Part shown: one piece after another, positions 58,304 through 64,000 of the stretch
Position numbering within the stretch: the first letter of the stretch is position 1
Layout of the letters: each line of letters starts with the position of its first letter
DNA from: Kiritimatiellia bacterium
Lineage (GTDB): Bacteria > Verrucomicrobiota > Kiritimatiellia > RFP12 > UBA1067
Assembly (NCBI GenBank): GCA_017962315.1
Contig: JAGCVN010000023.1
Coordinates: 11,738 to 75,737, forward strand
Length of the DNA: 64,000 nt
Direction of reading: 5' to 3'
Made by a program: the position numbers and the translations under genes
Notes under the pieces: generated by a model
Databases searched by the model: none
Seen by the model: the letters and a program-made list of their open reading frames with translations, nothing else
Told to the model about the DNA's origin: nothing

Positions 58304-60277
58304 ATGTACGTACGGTTTACGTTTGCGGTGTCGTTCGCCGCGTGTTGTCTGTTTGCGGATGAAACCGTCTGGCTCCGGCAACTGGAGAAAGCCATGCTGC
58401 CGACCGGGAAGCAGTCGTTCTGCCGATCGGTGTTCAACCGTCTTGAGGAGGCGGATTACGCGGCAGACGCCGCCTGGCGCGAGACAAGGTCGCCCGAGGC
58501 GTTCGCCGCCCGGCAGCGTGAAATGCGCGACCGCATGATTGCCGCCATCGGCGGTCTTCCCGAACGGACGCCGTTAAACGCGAAAACCGTCGCCGTCATC
58601 CCGCGAAAAGGGTACCGTATCGAGAAGGTGTTGTTCGAGAGCCTCCCCGGCATCTACGTCACCGGTCTGCTCTACCTTCCGGACGCAACCGCCTTCCCCG
58701 GACCGCGCCCCGCGTTCGCCCTGACCTGCGGGCACAGCGGAAACGGGAAGGGGGCGGCCGACTACCAGCGCGCCTGTGTCATCGCCGCCCACGCCGGTAT
58801 CGCCTCGTTCATCTACGATCCGATGGAACAGGGCGAGCGTCCGCAGACGAAACGCGGTCCCGGCGTATGCGGCGGGCACAACCGGATCGGCGTGTGTGCG
58901 TCGCTACTCGGCTGGAGCATGGCCCGCTTCCGGATCTGGGACGCGATGCGCGTGTTCGACTACCTCGCTTCGCGCCCGGAAATCCGCGCCGACCGTCTGG
59001 GCATGATGGGGAACAGCGGCGGAGGCACGATGACCTCCCTCGTCATGGCGCTCGAACCGCGCATCCGCGCCGCCGCCCCCTCCTGCTACCTCACCTCGCT
59101 CCGCGAAGTCTGCGAACACATGGGGCCGCAGGACGCGGAACAGAACATTTTCGGACAGCTCGCCTTCGGCTTGAACCACGCCGGTTACATCCTCCTCCAG
59201 GCGCCGATGGCGGTCTGCGTCTGTTGCTGCCACGACGATATGTTTACCTTCAAGGGGACGATGGATACCTTCCGCACCGTCCACGCGGCGGTCGATCCCC
59301 TCGGCTGGTCGGAACGGTTCGCGATGGCCGACGTTCCCGGACCGCACGGCTGGAAAGAAAGCATCCGCACGGCGTCCGTCGCCTGGATGCGCCGCTGGCT
59401 GGCGGACGACGCGGCGGCGATTCCGTTGAAGATGCCGGAATACCGTATGCTGGATGCCGATTTCAACATCAAGTCCGTCGACCACGGGCTGGACGCCCCG
59501 GCGTACCACGTCACGCCGAACGGCAGGGTTCTAGACCTTCCGGGAGCGCGTTCGGTCTACGACCTCATGCGCGACGAACTGGCCGCCGTCCTGAAAACGC
59601 GCAACGGCGCCCCGGATCTCACGGCAGTCCGCCGCCTCTGCGGCATCCGCCCGCTCGCCGATATCGCACCGATGGAAAAACTCCTTTCGCAATCGGTGAC
59701 GAACAACGTCACCGTTGAACGCCGCATTTTCGCCTACCCGGACGGACTGGCGATCCCGACCGTTACCTTCGTGCCGACCGGGGTGAAAGCCGGTCCCGTG
59801 CTCTGCCTCGGCGAAAACATGACCTCCTTGGCGAAGACAGTCGAAACGCACTTGACGGCCGGAGCGCCTGTGACGGTCGCCTCCCTCCGCGGTTTCGGGG
59901 AGACGAGCCAGGGCCGCTACCGGTTCTACGGGGCGCAAAATGCGGACGAAGAAAGTGCCGTCATGCTCTATCTGCTCGGCGAATCGCTGGTCGCCAGCCG
60001 CGCCGAGGACGCGCTTGCCGTCGCCGCCTGGATGCGGGCGAGATTCAATACCCCCGTCGCGCTGGACGCACACAAGCGCGCCGCGATCCCGGCGGCACAC
60101 GCATTCGCCCTCGAACGCGGCATTTTCCGTTCGCTGAAGCTGACGGAGGCGCCGAAGTCCTGGACGGCGGTGGTACAAAACGGACTCCCCTATCCCTTCG
60201 CGGACAGCGTGAACGGCGCACTCCGCCTATATGACTGGACGGATCTCGCGGCAGCCGGCACATCCGAAAGGAAATAA
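58304..60277 (+). CDS. Secreted alpha/beta-hydrolase (acetyl-xylan-esterase / Abhydrolase_7-like)
   Basis: RBS GGGAGGAAGAGATG. Signal MYVRFTFAVSFAACCLFA. Esterase N-domain pattern KGYRIEKVLFESLPGIYVTGLLYLP. Nucleophile elbow GMMGNSGGGT. Confidence 0.65.
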   Translation: MYVRFTFAVSFAACCLFADETVWLRQLEKAMLPTGKQSFCRSVFNRLEEADYAADAAWRETRSPEAFAARQREMRDRMIAAIGGLPERTPLNAKTVAVIPRKGYRIEKVLFESLPGIYVTGLLYLPDATAFPGPRPAFALTCGHSGNGKGAADYQRACVIAAHAGIASFIYDPMEQGERPQTKRGPGVCGGHNRIGVCASLLGWSMARFRIWDAMRVFDYLASRPEIRADRLGMMGNSGGGTMTSLVMALEPRIRAAAPSCYLTSLREVCEHMGPQDAEQNIFGQLAFGLNHAGYILLQAPMAVCVCCCHDDMFTFKGTMDTFRTVHAAVDPLGWSERFAMADVPGPHGWKESIRTASVAWMRRWLADDAAAIPLKMPEYRMLDADFNIKSVDHGLDAPAYHVTPNGRVLDLPGARSVYDLMRDELAAVLKTRNGAPDLTAVRRLCGIRPLADIAPMEKLLSQSVTNNVTVERRIFAYPDGLAIPTVTFVPTGVKAGPVLCLGENMTSLAKTVETHLTAGAPVTVASLRGFGETSQGRYRFYGAQNADEESAVMLYLLGESLVASRAEDALAVAAWMRARFNTPVALDAHKRAAIPAAHAFALERGIFRSLKLTEAPKSWTAVVQNGLPYPFADSVNGALRLYDWTDLAAAGTSERK

Positions 60278-60280
60278 ACC

Positions 60281-61990
60281 ATGCTACCGCGCAAGACCGC
60301 CTGGATCCTGTTCACCGCGATGGCCCTCGTACTGGGGGCGCTGCTGGTCTGGCCGCTCGTCTCCGTCATCGGAGGCGGCTTCTGGGTGGACGGACACCTT
60401 TCGCTCCACTATGTGAAGGGCGTCTTCCGGAACGCGGTCTACGGGGAAGGGTTGTTGAACAGTTTCAAGATCGCGGCCGGCTCGACCGCGCTCGCCTGTC
60501 TCCTCTCCATCCCGTTGGCGTGGCTCTCCCACGCCTACACCTTCCCGGGACAGAAACTGTTTTCCTCCCTCGTGCTGGTCCCGATGGTCTTGCCACCGTT
60601 TGTCGGTGCGATCGGCGTGATGCAGATGTTCGGTCCCTACGGTGCGGTGAACGCGCTGTTGCGGTGCGGCCCGGTAGACTGGCTGGGGCAGTCCGGTTAC
60701 TGGGGCGTGGTCGTGCTGCAGGCGTTGTGCTTCTATCCGATCCTCTATCTGAACGTAGCGGCGGCGTTGGCGAACATCGACCCCGCGCTGGACGAGGCGG
60801 CGCAAAACCTCGGTGCCGGCGGCTGGACGCGTTTCCGGCGCATCACGCTGCCCCTGCTCGCACCGGGGCTGTTCGCCGGCGGGACGCTCGTGTTCATCGC
60901 CTGTTTCACGGAACTCGGAACGCCGCTCATCCTAAATTACACGCGATGCGCGGCGGTCCAGATCTACGACGAACTCAAAGAAATCAGCGGAAGCCCCTTC
61001 CCCTACGCGCTGGTGACGGTCGTGCTGGGGGCGAACGTGTTGCTGTACGCGCTCGGCAAACGCCTCTTCGGCGGTCGCGCCTATGCCATGCAGTCGAAAG
61101 CCACGACGCGCCACACGCCGAAACAGGCAGCAGGGCTAAAGGGCCTGTTCGTCGCCTTGCCGTTCGCGCTGGTCGTCTTCTTCGCGCTGTTGCCGCATAT
61201 CGGGGTGGTCCTGACCAGTTTCTCGCAACCCGGCTCCTGGTACCAGACCGTTCTGCCGCGTGTGTTCACGGGGGCGAACTACGCAGAAGCGCTGGGACAC
61301 GGGATGACCATCAACGGTATCCGCAACAGTCTGGTCTTCTCGGCGCTTGCCGTGGCGGCGAACGTCCTGATCGGCATCGGGGTTGCCTGGGTCGTGGTGC
61401 GGTCACGCCTCCGGTTCCGGGGCATCCTGGACGGGCTGTCCATGATCCCGCTCGCCGTACCGGGACTGGTGATGGCGTTCGGGTTCATCTCCGTCAGTGC
61501 CTGGCTGGCGGGGCTGCCCGCCGTGAAGGCGCATCCCGCGCTCGCGTCGCTCGTGGACGTCCGCGTGAACCCCACCCTCTTCCTGGTGATCGCCTACGCG
61601 GTGCGGCGTCTGCCGTACATGGTGCGCGCGGCGTGCGCGGGGCTGGAACAGACCTCCGTCTCACTCGAAGAAGCCGCCGCCAACCTCGGTGCGCCGCCCT
61701 CCGTCACTTTGCGCCGCGTCACCCTTCCGCTCATCGCAGCGAACCTCGTCGCGGGGACGCTGCTGGTGTTCGCCTTCAGTATGCTGGAAGTCTCCGACAG
61801 CCTGATGCTCGCGCAAAAGATGCAGTACTACCCGATCACCAAAACCATCTTTGAACTGTTCCAGCTGGTCGGCACGGGACGGTTCCTCGCCGCCTCGCTC
61901 GGCGTCTGGGCGATGGCGTTCCTGATCGTGACGCTCGCTGGGAGCAGCGCCCTGCTCGGCAAGAAACTCGGCGCCCTCTTCCGCGCCTAG
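60281..61990 (+). CDS. ABC transporter permease with two fused BPD-type transmembrane domains (FbpB/ThiP-like)
   Basis: About 12 TM segments and two EAA-loop regions (LDEAAQNLGAGGWTRFRRITLPLLAPG and LEEAAANLGAPPSVTLRRVTLPLIAAN), typical of iron(III)/thiamine-type double permeases. Confidence 0.8.
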   Translation: MLPRKTAWILFTAMALVLGALLVWPLVSVIGGGFWVDGHLSLHYVKGVFRNAVYGEGLLNSFKIAAGSTALACLLSIPLAWLSHAYTFPGQKLFSSLVLVPMVLPPFVGAIGVMQMFGPYGAVNALLRCGPVDWLGQSGYWGVVVLQALCFYPILYLNVAAALANIDPALDEAAQNLGAGGWTRFRRITLPLLAPGLFAGGTLVFIACFTELGTPLILNYTRCAAVQIYDELKEISGSPFPYALVTVVLGANVLLYALGKRLFGGRAYAMQSKATTRHTPKQAAGLKGLFVALPFALVVFFALLPHIGVVLTSFSQPGSWYQTVLPRVFTGANYAEALGHGMTINGIRNSLVFSALAVAANVLIGIGVAWVVVRSRLRFRGILDGLSMIPLAVPGLVMAFGFISVSAWLAGLPAVKAHPALASLVDVRVNPTLFLVIAYAVRRLPYMVRAACAGLEQTSVSLEEAAANLGAPPSVTLRRVTLPLIAANLVAGTLLVFAFSMLEVSDSLMLAQKMQYYPITKTIFELFQLVGTGRFLAASLGVWAMAFLIVTLAGSSALLGKKLGALFRA

Positions 61991-62079
61991 CGGTCTCCTT
62001 CAAGACATCCCGCACAGCCTCTGCTTTCCCGCTCTCTGCCTGTCACTTCAGGCGGCTGACGGGACGGGGACATTACCCC

Positions 62080-62107
62080 CTCTGCGTCTCTGCGACTCCG
62101 CGTTAAG
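62080..62107 (+). repeat. (CTCTGCG-N)x3 dispersed repeat, best intergenic copy
   Basis: CTCTGCGT CTCTGCGA CTCCGCGT TAAG. It is preceded by GACGGGACGGGGAC (62058-62071) and sits in the convergent gap between the ABC permease and ymdB-like genes. Confidence 0.7.
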
Positions 62108-62164
62108 CTAACGGCATCCACTCGCGAGAGGGCTTTCTTGCATGGAAGACAGGAGACCTGCCCG

Positions 62165-62950
62165 TTAAGCCGACGCCGGCTGCAGAAACCGGCAGGCCGT
62201 AATGGAGACGGCTTTCCCCGTTTCGCGGTCTAGATCGAGAATAGCCCCTTCCAACTTGCCCGGGCCGCGTGCGATATCAAACCGGGCAGGTATGCCGGTG
62301 GTGAATTTCTTCAACACCGGCACCGGATCGCGTCCCAACACGGAATGCGCGGGGCCTGTCATGCCAAGGTCGGTCAGGTACGCCGTGCCTTTCGGGAGGA
62401 TGGTCGCGTCGCTGGTCTGGACGTGCGTGTGGGTCCCGACGACGGCCGCGACACGGCCGTCGAGATAGTAGCCCATCGCAATCTTCTCGGAGGTCGCCTC
62501 CGCATGGAAGTCTACGATGACGGGAATGTTCTTGGGAAGTCCCGCCAACACACGGTCGATCGCCGAGAAGGGGTTTTCCGCCGGTCCCATGAAGACCTGT
62601 CCTTGCAGGTTAACCACGTAAAACCGCATGAGCGGCGTCTGCACCAGAACACTCCCGGTTCCGGGCACGGCGGGGAGGTAATTCGCGGGACGGACAAGGT
62701 TCTTGATCTGGCCAATCGTCCCCTCCAGTTCCTTCTGCCCCCACGTATGGTCGCCGAGAGTGAGCGCATCCGCCCCCGCCTCGGTCAATTCCTTCGCCAA
62801 GGCGACGGTAATCCCGCTTCCTCCGGCGCAATTCTCCGCATTGGCGACGACGGCCTGGACTTCACCCCGCGCTTTCAACCCCCTCACGACTTCCGCAAAC
62901 CAGTACCTGCCCGGACTGCCTACAATGTCACCCACCAACAAGATTTTCAT
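62165..62950 (-). CDS. ymdB: YmdB-like metallophosphoesterase (TIGR00282 family, 2',3'-cyclic-nucleotide phosphodiesterase)
   Basis: MKILLVGDIVGSPGR, ANAENCAGGSGIT, LGDHTW, DFHAEATSEK and GTHTHVQTSD are canonical blocks of this family. Confidence 0.85.
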   Translation of the reverse strand: MKILLVGDIVGSPGRYWFAEVVRGLKARGEVQAVVANAENCAGGSGITVALAKELTEAGADALTLGDHTWGQKELEGTIGQIKNLVRPANYLPAVPGTGSVLVQTPLMRFYVVNLQGQVFMGPAENPFSAIDRVLAGLPKNIPVIVDFHAEATSEKIAMGYYLDGRVAAVVGTHTHVQTSDATILPKGTAYLTDLGMTGPAHSVLGRDPVPVLKKFTTGIPARFDIARGPGKLEGAILDLDRETGKAVSITACRFLQPASA

Positions 62951-62963
62951 GCGTACTCTCTCC

Positions 62964-64000
62964 CTAGATCCACATCATCCGGTCTAACGACCGGTATTGG
63001 ATTGCCTCTGAAACGTGTTCCGCCCGGATTTCCCCGGACTCCGCCATATCGGCGATCGTCCTTGCCACCTTGACGATTCGGTTGTAGGCACGGGCGCTGA
63101 AGTTCAACTCGCTCATCGCCATCTTTAACAGGTCTTGCGCCGCACCATCCAAGGAACAGAACTTTTGAAGGTCGCACGCCGACATCTCCGCATTGCAGGT
63201 CACGCCGCGAAGCGAACGGAAGCGTTCACGCTGGAGACGGCGGCAAGCGACGACGCGGGCGCGGATCTCGGCGGAACTCTCGCCCTTCTGCAGTGAACTC
63301 AGCTCGGAGAACTTGACGGGCGGCACCTCGATATGCATGTCGATACGGTCGAGCAGGGGGCCGGAAACCTTGCCGCGATATTGCTGAATCTTCTGCGCAC
63401 TGCACCGGCATTCCCGTTGCGGATCGCCCGAATACCCGCAAGGACAGGGGTTCATCGCAGCGACCAGCATGAACTTGGACGGGAAGTCGAGCGACGCGGC
63501 GGCTCGCGAAATCGTGACGTGCCCATCCTCCAGCGGCTGGCGCAACACCTCTAGGACGTTCCTGTGGAATTCAGGGAGTTCGTCCAGGAACAGCACCCCG
63601 CGATGGGCGAGGCTGACTTCGCCGGGAAGCGGATGCGCGCCTCCGCCAAGCAGTCCTGCGTCGGAAATCGTATGGTGAGGCGCGCGGAAAGGACGCTGGA
63701 AGACCAGCGCTTGATGGCTTTTGAGCGTGCCGGCGATACTGTGGATGCGCGTCGCCTCCAGCGCCTCATCGAGCGTCATCTCCGGAAGGATGGTCGGGAT
63801 GCGGCGGGCAAGCATCGTCTTTCCCGCGCCGGGCGAGCCGATCATCAGGAGGTTGTGTCCGCCGCTGACGGCGATCTCGATAGCCCGTTTTGCGGACTCC
63901 TGCCCCTTGACATCGGAGAAATCCTCCGCATAGCGGCGTTCGCGGGAAATCAATTCATTGAGGTCTGCACGGAACGGTTCGACCTCCACCTTCCCGGAAA
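62964..64000 (-). CDS. comM: YifB/ComM-family Mg-chelatase-like AAA+ ATPase (N-terminus outside the window)
   Basis: [43 protein letters not shown] (Walker A), [11 protein letters not shown] (Walker B), MNPCPCGY, and the C-terminal [18 protein letters not shown]. The frame is open to the window edge. Confidence 0.9.
   Translation of the reverse strand, partial: SGKVEVEPFRADLNELISRERRYAEDFSDVKGQESAKRAIEIAVSGGHNLLMIGSPGAGKTMLARRIPTILPEMTLDEALEATRIHSIAGTLKSHQALVFQRPFRAPHHTISDAGLLGGGAHPLPGEVSLAHRGVLFLDELPEFHRNVLEVLRQPLEDGHVTISRAAASLDFPSKFMLVAAMNPCPCGYSGDPQRECRCSAQKIQQYRGKVSGPLLDRIDMHIEVPPVKFSELSSLQKGESSAEIRARVVACRRLQRERFRSLRGVTCNAEMSACDLQKFCSLDGAAQDLLKMAMSELNFSARAYNRIVKVARTIADMAESGEIRAEHVSEAIQYRSLDRMMWI

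Noticed and set aside
58003-58362. 119-aa plus-strand ORF overlapping the ferredoxin gene in another frame.
   Set aside because: Its translation is low-complexity (Ala/Pro/Ser/Arg-rich). The 57-aa frame has two perfect 4Fe-4S motifs and a strong RBS.

Overview
GC-rich bacterial chromosomal segment. By gene content it resembles the PVC superphylum (Kiritimatiellota, Lentisphaerota or Verrucomicrobiota); this is an impression from the proteins, not a search result. The window is dominated by secreted carbohydrate-active enzymes. One minus-strand string runs from about 46.2 kb down to 25.0 kb: GH36+NPCBM, discoidin+GH36-like, DUF4838, a GH43/32-like propeller, GH2-like, GH10, GH31, GH97 and CutC. 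The plus strand carries a heparinase-II/III::CE15 fusion, a giant surface protein of about 1970 aa (GDPD, 3x LamG, PA14, PATR repeats), a GH106-like enzyme and a LacZ-type GH2. Housekeeping genes are interspersed: valS, galU, ispF, cysS, mtaB-like, ymdB-like, comM/yifB, and tRNA-Tyr, tRNA-His and tRNA-Asn. A minus-strand envelope/EPS block holds an exosortase with an EpsI domain, a WecA/MraY-like GT4, a THUMP RNA methyltransferase, an enolase-superfamily dehydratase and an orphan Dam-like DNA methyltransferase. I found no CRISPR array, rRNA, transposase, integrase or phage genes. The points most worth a second look are listed here. (1) A single in-frame TGA cuts the exosortase-EpsI gene. (2) A 22-25 nt repeat occurs three times inside the heparinase/CE15 CDS, as a near-perfect hairpin plus an inverted pair flanking 539 bp, with direct copies exactly 600 nt apart. 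(3) Dispersed (CTCTGCG-N)x3 repeats and AT-rich segments sit in frame inside glycoside hydrolase genes. (4) A lower-GC AAA+/PD-(D/E)xK (DUF4143) gene with three 23-bp iteron-like repeats and an apparently leaderless promoter is wedged into the CAZyme operon. (5) A 0.7-kb AT-rich islet encodes orphan small proteins. (6) Two tRNA promoters share an identical 12-nt box downstream of the -10 element. All functional calls come from motif recognition in the supplied translations. No database search was possible.
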